Source: Eledone cirrhosa (taxonomy: Eukaryota). Taken from it: a DNA stretch of 64,000 bases. The notes beneath the pieces were generated by a model. That model made no database searches and was not told the origin of the DNA. It saw only the letters and a list, made by a program, of their open reading frames with translations. Shown piece after piece: positions 25,801 through 36,100 of the stretch. Numbering within the stretch: position 1 is the stretch's first letter; each line of letters starts with the position of its first letter. The stretch covers positions 316,386,001 through 316,450,000 of the forward strand of contig OZ024740.1 in assembly GCA_964016885.1 (NCBI GenBank), written 5' to 3'. Both the position numbers and the translations under genes were made by a program.

Positions 25801-26370
25801 TCTACACTTTTTTTCACCTCTATAAGTTAGAATAAGTGTTGGAGTGAAAAAGAAATACTGTGTGTGAGGAGGGAAGCTTGAATGTGAGAATGTATGTGTT
25901 GGAGAGAAAAGAGGATTAGATGGGAGTGAGAAAGAGAATACAAATAAATAAATAAGTGTTGATGTTCTCTCTTTCACTCACTGCTTCTGTCTCTTTCGCT
26001 CTCTCCATCTTTCACTATTATAAGCAAATGGCTGCCCCACAGCCCCAGCAGACAGAATAGAGAAGGAATTTCCATGGAGGTTGATGCAACTATTATCTAT
26101 AGTGATCAACTGTTAATACAGTTATTTTCTGCATTTAGGACACTCACTTCTTCAAATTTCGAACACTTACAGCTCATGTATTTATAGGTATATATCAATG
26201 TTTATATCATGGATTTGTTGATTACTAAAACTTGAAAAAAAAAACTCTGTTCTATCTTCCAGTGGGACTCAACAATATGTCAGTGGTATTACTATGGCAT
26301 CGAACAGCATCGAGATTTTGAAAATGGAGAATTATATTACCTGAAGTCATTTCGACGATTATTTGATTGA
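1226..26370 (+). CDS. DCAF11: DDB1- and CUL4-associated factor 11 (WDR23), 16 coding exons visible, 5' end outside window
   Basis: Hand-spliced GT-AG exons with compatible phases (1405 nt) encode motifs matching recalled DCAF11 sequence: KAFCGIYSKEG, YSSWSD, HGDDVNAVKFADDSSQILFTGGDD, VWDRRT, GDSRYLISNSKDQTIKLWDIRKFS, WDYRW, MTYRGHTVLHTLIR, CVRDVSWHP. Confidence 0.95.
1398..1600. mobile_element. MITE (CAGGGCC..TTAATCC.CCCTG type, hAT-like), decayed
   Basis: Clearly homologous to 24568-24750, which has degenerate terminal inverted repeats. Confidence 0.6.
1800..2170 (+). mobile_element. Family-A SINE whose 5' head is tandemly amplified (~7 units of 27-30 bp GGATTGGCAGTATTGGTAAGGG)
   Basis: Head repeats at 1803-1980 run directly into a SINE body homologous to 921-1110. 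Confidence 0.8.
2836..3010 (-). mobile_element. RTE-tail-bearing short interspersed repeat ((GAT)n tail; GGATGCCCTTCCTAACACCAACC core)
   Basis: Same motif at 3884-4070, 4250-4420, 8490-8550 and 10955-11090, and inverted at 4935-5210. Confidence 0.65.
3010..3701 (+). mobile_element. RTE-clade LINE, 3' ORF fragment
   Basis: VDSFRYLG, KGRLYDACIRTAMLHGSETW, MLRWMC, RRLHWYGHVMRM and GRPRKTW are typical RTE C-terminal motifs. Confidence 0.9.
3884..4595 (-). repeat. ~350-bp tandem duplication of a chimeric RTE-tail repeat + CORE-like tRNA-SINE head
   Basis: 3961 and 4311 both start ATTCTGGCTT and remain colinear; the minus strand reads GGCTTAGTGGTTAGAGCATTGG...GAGTTCAAT...CCTTGAGCAAGACACTT. Confidence 0.85.
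4650..4880. repeat. compound (TA)/(TG)/(TATG) microsatellite
   Basis: direct reading; similar tracts at 6215-6330 and 6460-6500. Confidence 0.9.
5236..6214 (+). mobile_element. 5'-truncated L1/Tx1-clade LINE (zf-RVT C-terminus + 3' UTR)
   Basis: GC-rich uninterrupted ORF with LAWQCYRGALPV..CPRC..EETVAHAFIHCP; AATAAA at the 3' end; flanked by ATATATCTATCTATCTATCTA on both sides. Confidence 0.88.
6359..6390 (+). CDS. DCAF11: DCAF11 candidate small exon (DDQGSKSTVVH)
   Basis: ttttttcattgtag acceptor, CAT|gtaagc donor; converts phase 1 to phase 0 as required. Confidence 0.6.
6603..6692. repeat. 21-bp perfect inverted repeat (TGTTATATTTGGGGAGGGTCA), ~48-bp spacer
   Basis: 6603-6623 is the reverse complement of 6672-6692. 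Confidence 0.85.
6825..7039 (+). mobile_element. piggyBac-like MITE family P1 (free copy; same family as the satellite spacer)
   Basis: TTAC|CCCTTTAGCATTTA ... TAAATGCTAATGGG|TTAA termini; interior aligns with 26957-27157; 3' half also at ~8855-8936 ending GCTAAAGGGTTAA. Confidence 0.8.
7098..7193 (+). CDS. DCAF11: DCAF11 exon (DTHLGQQILLASGR...SHMLQK)
   Basis: acag acceptor, AAG|gtaaat donor; resembles the QVELATG...PRMLHQ region. Confidence 0.85.
7318..7495 (-). mobile_element. RTE LINE 3' end fragment with (GAA)n tail
   Basis: reverse-complement homolog of 9925-10075. Confidence 0.7.
7570..7634 (+). CDS. DCAF11: DCAF11 exon (REVGMGGKQCFSNGDQCAIGT)
   Basis: ttccag acceptor, gtaagt donor; resembles RERG...FSLGEQ. 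Confidence 0.88.
7776..7992 (+). mobile_element. piggyBac-like MITE family P2, decayed
   Basis: colinear with 20649-20886. Confidence 0.7.
8701..8801 (+). CDS. DCAF11: DCAF11 exon (YIPNMMSTVAYCKDKAFCGIYSKEGDIFLTAGR)
   Basis: cttcag acceptor, gtagat donor; KAFCGIYS motif. Confidence 0.93.
9104..9206 (+). CDS. DCAF11: DCAF11 exon (DVYIRLYD...FWSILDAAFS)
   Basis: ttctcag acceptor, gtaagt donor; IRLYD and WSILD motifs. Confidence 0.93.
9290..9560 (+). mobile_element. decayed tRNA-derived SINE
   Basis: TGGCCTAATAGTTAGG A-box, GGTTCAATTCC B-box, CORE-like segment. Confidence 0.55.
9760..10075 (+). mobile_element. RTE LINE 3' end, decayed
   Basis: reads IRESLQVEPLLLRIEREKL*YYRHVVRM; ends in GAAGAAGAAG. 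Confidence 0.75.
10287..10330 (+). CDS. DCAF11: DCAF11 exon (PDGNYVIYSSWSDC)
   Basis: poly-T ag acceptor, gtaagt donor; YSSWSD motif. Confidence 0.93.
10413..10880 (-). repeat. 48-bp minisatellite (~9-10 units)
   Basis: TCATGACAAAAAGTACCCAGTCCACACTGTAAAGTGGTCGCATTAGTG with period 48; explains the 16-aa periodic ORFs. Confidence 0.92.
11085..11360 (+). repeat. same 48-bp minisatellite in opposite orientation (~5-6 units), attached to the RTE-tail repeat at 10955-11090
   Basis: units TTACAAAGTGGACTGGGTGCTTTTTGTCATAGCACCAG. Confidence 0.88.
11694..11817 (+). CDS. DCAF11: DCAF11 exon (IHLCNIRGDCDIHEAL...SSDNKEILGG)
   Basis: ttgcag acceptor, gtaagc donor; IHxCNI and SDxxExLGG motifs. Confidence 0.93.
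12008..12260 (-). mobile_element. CR1-type LINE 3' end fragment
   Basis: EHLFKFHVSITSRHAYKIRKQ resembles the CR1 C-terminal 'F....TRGHxxKL.K' motif. Confidence 0.55.
12418..12475 (+). CDS. DCAF11: DCAF11 exon (ANCGNFYVYDLARNQKILT)
   Basis: ttccag acceptor, gtaagt donor. Confidence 0.92.
13142..13234 (+). CDS. DCAF11: DCAF11 exon (IKAHGDDVNAVKFADDSSQILFTGGDDGFCK)
   Basis: tatag acceptor, gtaaga donor; WD40 repeat. Confidence 0.95.
13664..13985 (+). mobile_element. tRNA-derived CORE-like SINE (family B)
   Basis: TGGTTTAGTGGTTAGAGC A-box, AATTCGATTCC B-box, CTTGAGCAAGACATTT...CAGCTGTAGAAATGAG; inverted copy at 24764-25085. Confidence 0.85.
14272..14503 (+). mobile_element. non-autonomous Helitron
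   Basis: A|TCTATATATATAAAA start, subterminal hairpin CCCGAGCAACGCCGGG, CTAG|T end, no TSD. Confidence 0.85.
15040..19055 (+). mobile_element. CR1/L2-group LINE, 5'-intact and 3'-truncated, inside the DCAF11 intron 13235-19360
   Basis: ~120-bp duplicated 5' UTR unit, broken PHD-type ORF1, EN+RT ORF2. Confidence 0.92.
15309..16510 (+). pseudogene. LINE ORF1 (PHD finger, poly-Q linker, coiled coil), frameshifted
   Basis: CHIC..WVECGTC..CLQC..FQCLAC; split over three ORFs by a slip in the A-run at ~15655 and a TAA in the CAA tract at 15868. Confidence 0.8.
16567..19074 (+). CDS. LINE ORF2: APE endonuclease + reverse transcriptase (C-terminally truncated, probably inactive)
   Basis: LNARS, VTETW, GDFN, LDLIF, SDH; FLDFAKAF, GVPQGSVLGPLLF, YADD, ERDLG, VRPHLEF. 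Confidence 0.93.
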   Translation: MLSLNARSLCNKIHLLNSYVRSIDPDFITVTETWAHSLLCDGVFSITGYNIFCKDRINRRGGGVMVYVRSNFSVIPCIDLNESQEVFFCYIHMTMSTLLLGVVYRPPNYHQDTQLCDILRAAARKTATYVFIAGDFNNPEIDWETFRWPQSANDFLELVLDSNWSQVVTSPTRGDNTLDLIFTTTPEVVISCTTEEPLGDSDHAMIIANLALAGSNKNQNHIQSACFDWKKAGWNLYCTELQRPNWHEFYNSGDVNTILQSILDSIWIACAALVPRKQKKNHPKSAIWETSAVRLARKERRNAEREYKLHKSDANRKKRNKSSNHLKQVTKKVVLEFEQCIATNPDSKVFWKYVHSKQRPHSPVGPLRNPHTSQITDDPKECAELIAECYASIFTVENQNVPSPPSLTSNSITTMEFKPAMLRRHLKNKRNYASPGLDGVTYLLLKCGGYFLLHQLSFFFQYCLNNGATPEQWKTASVIPLFKKGDRTSPVNYHPVSLTSCIAKLMESCVRETLWNFWSSHSLIRPSQFRFIPNSSCCDQLIEFLEDITQITDSGSWVDVVFLDFAKAFNSVPHKRLMAKLSAMGVRDDLFNWLKSFILSRKVVVTVLGQYSSPYEMSPGVPQGSVLGPLLFVAYINDIDANLKNATVLKYADDIKLYLEIKRTDPEIYNSFLQSDLDTMQQWITDWQLKLAVDKCTTMHFGRKNPASTYSLHNTDIKKSSYERDLGITVSSDLRWTKHVSKIVKKAEGVLASLSKTLVSRSPAIYLKLYRAMVRPHLEFASSVWNPYLAQNIDLLETVQRRVTNRISAIRHLPYSERLASLGMDSLKLLTYCND
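19361..19453 (+). CDS. DCAF11: DCAF11 exon (VWDRRTLNENNPNPVGVFSGHTGGITYIDSR)
   Basis: tttcag acceptor, gtaatg donor. Confidence 0.95.
19685..19774 (+). CDS. DCAF11: DCAF11 exon (GDSRYLISNSKDQTIKLWDIRKFSTEEGIK)
   Basis: tttcag acceptor, gtaatt donor; near-invariant DCAF11 motif, also visible in ORF 19700..20056. Confidence 0.96.
19850..19930. repeat. (CAT/CAC)n microsatellite
   Basis: direct reading; intronic. Confidence 0.9.
20649..20886 (+). mobile_element. piggyBac-like MITE family P2, full length
   Basis: TTAA|CCCTTT ... AAAGGG|TTAA; fragments at ~20009-20055 and 20480-20530. Confidence 0.8.
21119..21480 (+). mobile_element. RTE LINE endonuclease fragment, decayed, fused to a SINE head
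   Basis: KDRFYEEL, DFNGHVG, GYGSRNEEG, SQIDY. Confidence 0.8.
21609..21672 (+). CDS. DCAF11: DCAF11 exon (ATEAAISFQRWDYRWRPISQE)
   Basis: tttttcag acceptor, gtaagt donor; WDYRW motif. Confidence 0.93.
21707..21925 (-). repeat. long (CAT)n tract, tail of an RTE-type repeat
   Basis: followed by CGTTTTATGTCC...GCAAGGGTTGGAC, as in other copies. Confidence 0.8.
22147..22299 (+). CDS. DCAF11: DCAF11 exon (KSRKPLTGDVSVMTYRGHTVLHTLIR...YSGCATGNAC)
   Basis: tttcag acceptor, gtaagt donor; lies within ORF 22146..22364. Confidence 0.96.
22510..23533 (-). mobile_element. non-autonomous Helitron carrying 3 x ~92-bp tandem repeat (22797-23070)
   Basis: minus-strand TCTATATATATAAAAC start at 23533, hairpin CCCGAGCAACGCCGGG, CTAG at 22510-22513. 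Confidence 0.75.
23964..24073 (+). CDS. DCAF11: DCAF11 exon (YDVLTGEIVTKL...CVRDVSWHP...TTS)
   Basis: tttcag acceptor, gtgagt donor. Confidence 0.95.
24109..24206. mobile_element. Tc1/pogo (Tigger-like) MITE
   Basis: TA|CCGTATATACTCAAAT ... ATTTGAGTATATACGG|TA. Confidence 0.85.
24568..24750. mobile_element. MITE, hAT-like
   Basis: CAGGGCCAGATAAA ... TTAATCCAGCTCTG; homolog at 1398-1600. Confidence 0.65.
24764..25085 (-). mobile_element. CORE-like tRNA SINE (family B)
   Basis: reverse-complement homolog of 13664-13985. Confidence 0.85.
25444..25609. mobile_element. hAT (Charlie-like) MITE
   Basis: CAGGGTTTCCCAAA ... TTTGGGAACCACTG termini; TSD not recognisable. Confidence 0.7.
26263..26370 (+). 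CDS. DCAF11: DCAF11 terminal coding exon (WDSTICQWYY...RRLFD*)
   Basis: cttccag acceptor; completes the SWD of the last WD repeat; TGA at 26368-26370. Confidence 0.9.
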   Translation, partial: WDSTICQWYYYGIEQHRDFENGELYYLKSFRRLFD

Positions 26371-26495
26371 TTAACCACCATTTTGGATACATAAACGAAA
26401 CAGAAACAGATGTATATAATTAACATTTAACAGACTTGGCTTTAAGCCCTTCCTTTTTTTCCCTGCTACATCCATCATTAGAATAGTTATATTAA

Positions 26496-26586
26496 ACATA
26501 TTTAGAATCTCAGTGTTCAAAAGTTCCTTTTTAACACTTTTACATATTTAGAATCTCAGTGTACAAAAGTTCCTTTTTAACACTTT
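26496..26586 (+). repeat. 46-bp tandem duplication in the DCAF11 3' UTR
   Basis: ACATATTTAGAATCTCAGTGT(T/A)CAAAAGTTCCTTTTTAACACTTT twice. Confidence 0.9.
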
Positions 26587-26956
26587 AATCTCTTTCTGAA
26601 AGTTAGAAAGAACACAGTTACTAATTTCCATGAAGTGAAACATTTTGAATGTCTTCCATCAGCTTAAGCTGTTGCTTGGGACTAACTTTCCTAAAGAGTC
26701 TAATAATTGTTTCTACTTTAGGCACAAGGCCAGCAAATGATACTTAAAGTATGCAAACATCTTAATGTCATTGACTCACACACAGTTTGTAGAGAATGTC
26801 AGTCTTTAACTGCCAAATACTTTCTTCATTTAGTAAAACAATTTTAACAAAACTATTTTATATTATTGTTTTGTGTATGTTAAATACTGCTAGGTTTCAG
26901 CTTTCCTAACTGTTAAGCAGAAACTGATAAAATATTTCATTAGTAATATCTAAAGT

Positions 26957-27157
26957 TTAACCCTTTAGCCGTATCCAGCCAGAATTTTCTCACCTCTTTC
27001 TGTTTCAACCAACCATAACTGGCCACTCATACTGATTAAGGTATGGTTCTCAAAATAAATAATATCAAAATCTCATAGATTCGATATTATGTCAGGTAAA
27101 GCCTTTATCATGAAAATATAATAGTAAATATAAAGTAATGTAAATACTAAAGTTTAA
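26957..27157 (+). mobile_element. piggyBac-like MITE P1, founder copy at the satellite boundary
   Basis: TTAACCCTTTAGC left end and degenerate TAAATACTAAAGTTTAA right end; aligns with 6825-7039. Confidence 0.8.
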
Positions 27158-30100
27158 ACTGTATTGGAACAACTACCATCATATATTAAACTGTTGGACA
27201 CTACGGCCATCATATATAGAACTATATTAAACTGTTGGACACTACTACCATCATATATAGAATTATATTAAACTGTTGGACACTACTACCATCATATATA
27301 GAACTATATTAAACTATTGGACACTACTACCATCATATATAGAACTATATTAAACTGTTGGACACTACTACCATCATATATAGAACTATATTAAACTGTT
27401 GGACACTACTACCATCATATATAGAACTATATTAAACTATTGGACACTACTACCATCATATAGAGAACTATATTAAACTATTGGACACTACTACCATCAT
27501 ATATAGAACTATATTAAACTGTTGTACACTACTACCATCATATATAGAACTATATTAAACTATTGGACACTACTACCATCATATATAGAACTATATTAAA
27601 CTATGGGACGCTACTACCATCATATATAGAACTATATTAAACTAATTTCTCACCTCTTTCTGTTTCAACCAACCATAACTGGCCACCCATACTGATTAAG
27701 GTATGGTTCTCAAAATAAATAATATCAAAATCTCATAGATTCGATAATATGTTAGGTAAAGCCTTTATCATGAAAATATAATAGTAAATATAAAGTAATG
27801 TAAATACTAAAGTTTAAACTGTATTGAAACAACTACCATCATAGATTAAACTGTTGGACACTACGGCCATCATATATAGAACTATATTAAATTATTGGAC
27901 ACTACTACCATCATCTATAAAACTATATTAAACTATTGGATACTACTACCATCATATATAGAACTATATTAAACTTTTGGACACTACTACCATCATATGT
28001 AGAACTATATTAAACTGTTGGACACTACTACCATCATATATAGAACTATATTAAACTATTGGACACTACTACCATCATATATAGAACTATATTAAACTGT
28101 TGGACACTACTACCATCATATATAGAACTATATTAAACTATTGGACACTACTACCATCATATGTAGAACTATATTAAACTGTTGGACACTACTACCATCA
28201 TATATAGAACTATATTAAACTATTGGACACTACTACCATCATATATAGAACTATATTAAACTATTGGACACTACTACCATCATATGTAGAACTATATTAA
28301 ACTGTTGGACACTGCTACCATCATATATAGAACTATATTAAACTATTGGACACTACTACCATCATATATAGAACTATATTAAACTATTGGAAACTACTAC
28401 CATCATCTATAGAACTATATTAAACTATTGGACACTACTACCATCATATATAGAACTATATTAAACTGTTGGACATTACTACCATCATATATAGAACTAT
28501 ATTAAACTGTTGGACACTACTACCATCATATAAAGAACTATATTAAAATATTGTAAAAAACTACCATCATATATAGAAGTATATTAAACTATTGGACACT
28601 ACTACCATCATATATAGAACTATATTAAACTGTTGGACACTACTACCATCATATAAAGAACTATATTAAAATATTGTAAACTACTACCATCATATATAGA
28701 AGTATATTAAACTATTGGACACTACTACCATCATATATAGAACTATATTAAACTATTGGACACTACTACCATCATATATAGAACTATATTAAACTGTTGG
28801 ACATTACTACCATCATATATAGAACTATATTAAACTGTTGGACACTACTACCATCATATAAAGAACTATATTAAAATATTGTAAAAAACTACCATCATAT
28901 ATAGAAGTATATTAAACTATTGGACACTACTACCATCATATATAGAACTATATTAAACTGTTGGACACTACTACCATCATATAAAGAACTATATTAAAAT
29001 ATTGTAAACTACTACCATCATATATAGAAGTATATTAAACTATTGGACACTACTACCATCATATATAGAACTATATTAAAATATGGGACACTACTACCAT
29101 CATATATAGAACTATATTAAACTAATTTCTCACCTCTTTCTGTTTCAACCAACCATAACTGGCCACCCATACTGATTAAGGTATGGTTCTCAAAATAAAT
29201 AATATCAAAATCTCATAGATTCGATAATATGTTAGGTAAAGCCTTTATCATGAAAATATAATAGTAAATATAAAGTAATGTAAATACTAAAGTTTAAACT
29301 GTATTGAAACAACTACCATCATAGATTAAACTGTTGGACACTACGGCCATCATATATAGAACTATATTAAATTATTGGACACTACTACCATCATCTATAA
29401 AACTATATTAAACTATTGGATACTACTACCATCATATATAGAACTATATTAAACTATTGGACACTACTACAATCATATATAGAACTATATTAAACTATTG
29501 GACACTACTACCATCATATATAGAACTATATTAAACTATTGGACACTACTACCATCATATATAGAACTATATTAAACTATTGGACACTACTGCCATCATA
29601 TATAGAACTATATTAAACTATTGGATACTACTACCATCATATACAGAACTATATTAAACTTTTGGACACTACTACCATCATATATAGAACTATATTAAAC
29701 TGTTGGAAACTACTACCATCATATATAGAACTATATTAAACTATTGGACACTACTACCATCATATGTAGAACTATATTAAACTGTTGGACACTACTACCA
29801 TCATATATAGAACTATATTAAACTATTGGACACTACTACCATCATATATAGAACTATATTAAACTATTGGACACTACTACCATCATATATAGAACTATAT
29901 TAAACTATTGGACACTACTACAATCATATATGGAACTATATTAAACTATTGGATACTACTACCATCATATATAGAACTATATTAAACTATTGGACACTAC
30001 TACAATCATATATAGAACTATATTAAACTATTGGACACTACTACCATCATATATAGAACTATATTAAACTATTGGACACTACTACCATCATATATAGAAC

Positions 30101-33100
30101 TATATTAAACTATTGGACACTACTGCCATCATATATAGAACTATATTAAACTATTGGACACTACTACCATCATATGTAGAACTATATTAAACTGTTGGAC
30201 ACTACTACCATCATATATAGAACTATATTAAACTATTGGACACTACTACCATCATATGTAGAACTATATTAAACTGTTGGACACTACTACCATCATATAT
30301 AGAACTATATTAAACTATTGGACACTACTACCATCATATGTAGAACTATATTAAACTGTTGGACACTACTACCATCATATATAGAACTATATTAAACTAT
30401 TGGACACTACTACCATCATATGTAGAACTATATTAAACTGTTGGACACTGCTACCATCATATATAGAACTATATTAAACTATTGGACACTACTACCATCA
30501 TATATAGAACTATATTAAACTATTGGAAACTACTACCATCATCTATAGAACTATATTAAACTATTGGACACTACTACCATCATATATAGAACTATATTAA
30601 ACTGTTGGACATTACTACCATCATATATAGAACTATATTAAACTGTTGGACACTACTACCATCATATAAAGAACTATATTAAAATATTGTAAAAAACTAC
30701 CATCATATATAGAAGTATATTAAACTATTGGACACTACTACCATCATATATAGAACTATATTAAACTGTTGGACACTACTACCATCATATAAAGAACTAT
30801 ATTAAAATATTGTAAACTACTACCATCATATATAGAAGTATATTAAACTATTGGACACTACTACCATCATATATAGAACTATATTAAAATATGGGACACT
30901 ACTACCATCATATATAGAACTATATTAAACTATTGGACACTACTACCATCATATATAGAACTATATTAAACTATTGGACACCACTACCATCATATATGGA
31001 ACTATATTAAACTATTGGACACCACTACCATCATATATAGAACTATATTAAACTATTGGACACTACTAACATCATATATAGAACTATATTAAACTGTTGG
31101 ACACTACTACCATCATATATAAAACTATATCAAACTATTTTCTCACCTCTTCCTGTTTCAACCAATCATAACTGGCCACTCATACTCAGTAAGGTATGGT
31201 TCTCAAGATAAATAATAACAAAATCTCATAGATTCGATATTATGTTAGGTAAAGCCTTTATCATTAAAATATAATAGTAAATATAAAGTAATGTAAATAC
31301 TAAAGTTTAAACTGTATTGAAACAACTACCATCATATATTAAACTGTTGGACACTACGGCCATCATATATAGAACTATATTAAACTATTTGACACTACTA
31401 CCATCATATATAGAATTATATTAAACTATTCGACACTACTACCATCATATATAGAACTATATTAAACTATTGGAAACTACTACCATCATCTATAGAACTA
31501 TATTAAACTATTGGACACTACTACCATCATATATAGAACTATATTAAACTATTGGAAACTACTACCATCATCTATAGAACTATATTAAACTATTCGACAC
31601 TACTACCATCATATATAGAATTATATTAAACTATTGCACACTACTAACATCATATATAGAACCATATTAAACTATTGGACACTACTACCATCATATATAG
31701 AATTATATTAAAATATTGAACACTACTACCATCATATGTAGAACTATATTAAACTATTGGAAACTACTACCATCATATATAGAACTATATTAAACTATTT
31801 TCTCACCTCTTTCTGTTTCAACCAACCATAACTGGCCACTCATACTGATTAAGGTATGGTTCTCAAAATAAATAATATCAAAATCTCTTAGATTCGATAA
31901 TATGTTAGGTAAAGCCTTTATCATGAAAATATAATAGTAAATATAAAGTAATGTAAATACTAAAGTTTAAACTGTATTGAAACCATTACCATCATATATT
32001 AAACTGTTGGACACTACGGCCATTATATATAGAACTATATTAAACTATTTGACACTACTACCATCATATATAGAATTATATTAAACTATTCGATACTACT
32101 ACCATCATATATAGAACTATATTAAACTATTGGACACTACTACCATCATATATAGAACTATATTAAACTATTGGACACTACTACCATCATATATAGAACT
32201 ATATTAAACTATTGGACACTACTACCATCATATATAGAACTATATTAAAATATGGGACACTGCTACCATCATATATAGAACTATATTAAACTATTGGACA
32301 CTACTACCATCATATATAAAACTATATCAAACCATTGGACACTACTACCATCATATGTAGAACTATATTAAACTGTTGGAAACTACTACCATCATATATA
32401 GAACTATATTAAACTATTGGATACTACTACCATCATATATAGAACTATATTAAACTGTTGGAAACTACTACCATCATATATAGAACTATATTAAACTATT
32501 GGACACTACTACCATTATATATAGAACTATATTAAACAATTGGACAGTGCTTCCATCATATATAGAACTATATTAAAGTGTTGGACACTACTACCATCAT
32601 ATATAGAACTATAATAAACTATTGGACACTACTACTATCATATATAGAACTATATTAAACTATTGGACACTACTACCATCATATATGGAACTATATTAAA
32701 CTATGGGACAATACTACCATCATATATAGAACTATATGAAACTATTGGACACTACTACCATCATATATAGAACTATATTAAACTATTGGACACTACTACC
32801 ATCATATATAGAACTATATTAAACTATTGGACACTACTACCATCATATATAAAACTATATTAAACTATTTTCTCACCTCTTCCTGTTTCAACCAATCATA
32901 ACTGGCCACTCATACTGAGTAAGGTATGGTTCTCAAAATAAATAATAACAAAATCTCATAAATTTGATATTACGTTAGGTAAAGCCTTTATCATGAAAAT
33001 ATAATAGTAAATATAAAGTAATGTAAATACTAAAGTTTAAACTGTATTGAAACAACTACCATCATATATTAAACTGTTGGACACTACGGCGATAATATAT

Positions 33101-36100
33101 AGAACTATATTAAACTATTGGACACTACTACCATCATATAGAGAACTATATTAAACTATTCGACACTACTACCATCATATATAGAATTATATTAAAGTAT
33201 GGGACACTACTACCATCATATATAGAACTATATTAAACTATTGCACACTACTACCATCATATATAGAACTATATTAAACTATTGGACACTACTACCGTCA
33301 TATATAGAACTATATTAAACTATTGGACACTACTACCGTCATATATAGAACTATATTAAACTGTTGGACACTACTACCATCATATATAGAACTATATTAA
33401 ACAATTGGACAGTGCTTCCATCATATATAGAACTATATTAAACTATTCGACACTACTACCATCATATATAGAACTATATTAAACTATTGCACACTACTAC
33501 CATCATATATAGAACTATATTAAACTATTGGACACTACTACCGTCATATATAGAACTATATTAAACTATTGGACACTACTACCATCATATATGGAACTAT
33601 ATTAAACTATGGGACAATACTACCATCTTATATAGAACTACATGAAACTATTGGACACTACTACCATCATATATAGAACTATATTAAACTATTCGACACT
33701 ACTACCATCATATATAGAACTATATTAAACTATTGGACACTACTACCATCATATATAAAACTATTTTAAACTATTTTCTCACCTCTTCCTGTTTCAACCA
33801 ATCATAACTGGCCACTCATACTAAGTAAGGTATGGTTCTCAAAACTAAATAATAACAAAATCTCATAGATTCAATATGATCTTAGGTAAAGCCTTTATCA
33901 TGCAAATATAATAGTAAAAATAAAGTAATGTAAATACTAAAGTTTAAACTGTATTGAAACAACTACCATCATATATTAAACTGTTGGACACTACTACCAT
34001 CATATATAGAACTATATTAAACTATTCGACAGTGCTTCCATCATATATAGAACTATGTTAAACTGTTGGACACTACTACCATCATATAAAGAACTATATT
34101 AAACTATTGGAAACTACTACCATCATATATAGATCTATATTAAACTATTGGAAACTACTACCATCATATATAGAACTATATTAAACTATTGGACACTATT
34201 ATCATAATATATAGAACTATATTAAACAATGGGACAGTGCTTCCATCATATATAGAACTATATTAAACTGTTGGACACTGCTACCATCATATATAGATCT
34301 ATATTAAACTATTGGAAACTACTACCATCATATATAGAAGTATATTAAACTATTGGACACTACTACCATCATATATAGAACTATTGGACACTACTACCAT
34401 CATATATGGAACTATATTAAACTATGGGACACTACTACCATCATATATAGAACTATATTAAACTATTGGACACTACTACCATCATATATGGAACTATATT
34501 AAACTATGGGACACTACTACCATCATATATAGAACTATATTAAACTATTGGTCACTACTACCATCATATATAAAACTATATTAAACTATTTTCTCACCTC
34601 TTCCTGTTTCAACCAATCATAAATGGCCACTCATACTGAGTAAGGTATGTTTCTCAATATAAATAATAACAAAATCTCATACATTCGATATTATGTTTGG
34701 TAAAGCCTTTATCATGCAAATATAATAGTAAATATAAAGTAATGTAATTACTAAAGTTTAAACTGTATTGAAACAACTACCGTCATATATTAAACTGTTG
34801 GACACTACGGCGATCATATATAGAACTATATTAAGCTATGGGACACTACTACCATTATATATAGAGCTATATTAAACTATTGGACACTACGGCCATCATA
34901 TATAGAACTATATTAAGCTATGGGACACTACTACCATCATATATAGAACTATATTAAACTATTGGACACTACTACCATCATATATAGAACTATATTAAAC
35001 TATTGGACACTACTACCATCCTATATAGAACTATATTAAACAATTGGACAGTGCTTCCATCATATATAGAACTATATTAAACTATTGGACACTACTACCA
35101 TCATATATAGAACTATATTAAACTGTTGTACACTACTACCATCATATATAGAACTATATTAAACTATTTTCTTACCTCTTTCTGTTTCAACCAACCATAA
35201 CTGGCCACTCATCCTGATAAAGGTATGGTTCTAAAAATAAATACTATCAAAATATCATAGATTCGATAATATGATAGGTAAAGCCTTTATCATGAAAATA
35301 TAATAGTAAATATAAAGTAATGTAAATACTAAAGTTTAAACTGTATTGAAACAACTACCATCATATATTAAACTGTTGGACACTACGGCCATCATATATA
35401 GAACTATATTAAACTATTCGACACTACTACCATCATATATAGAACTATATTAAACTATTGGACACTACTACCATCATATATAGAACTATATTAAACTGTT
35501 GTACACTACTACCATCATATATAGAACTATATTAAACAATTGGACACTACTACCAACATATATAGAATTATATTGAACTATTGGACACTACTACCATCAT
35601 ATATAGAACTATATTAAACTGTTGGACACTGCTACCATCATATATAGAACTATATTAAACTATTGGACACTACTACCATAATATATAGAACTATATTAAA
35701 CTATTGGACACTACTACCATCATATATAGAACTATATTACACTGTTGGAAACTACTACCATCATATATAGAACTATATTAAACGATTGGAAACTACTACC
35801 ATCATATATAGAACTATATTAAACTATTGGACACTACTACCATCATATATAGAACTATATTAAACTGTTGTACACTACTACCATCATATATAGAACTATC
35901 TTAAACAATTGGACAGTGCTTCCATCATATATAGAACTATATTAAACTGTTGTACACTACTACCATCATATATAGAACTATATTAAACAATTGGACACTG
36001 CTACCATCATATATAGAACTATATTAAACTGTTGTACACTACTAGCATCATATATAGAACTATATTAAACAATTGGACACTGCTACCATCACATATAGAA

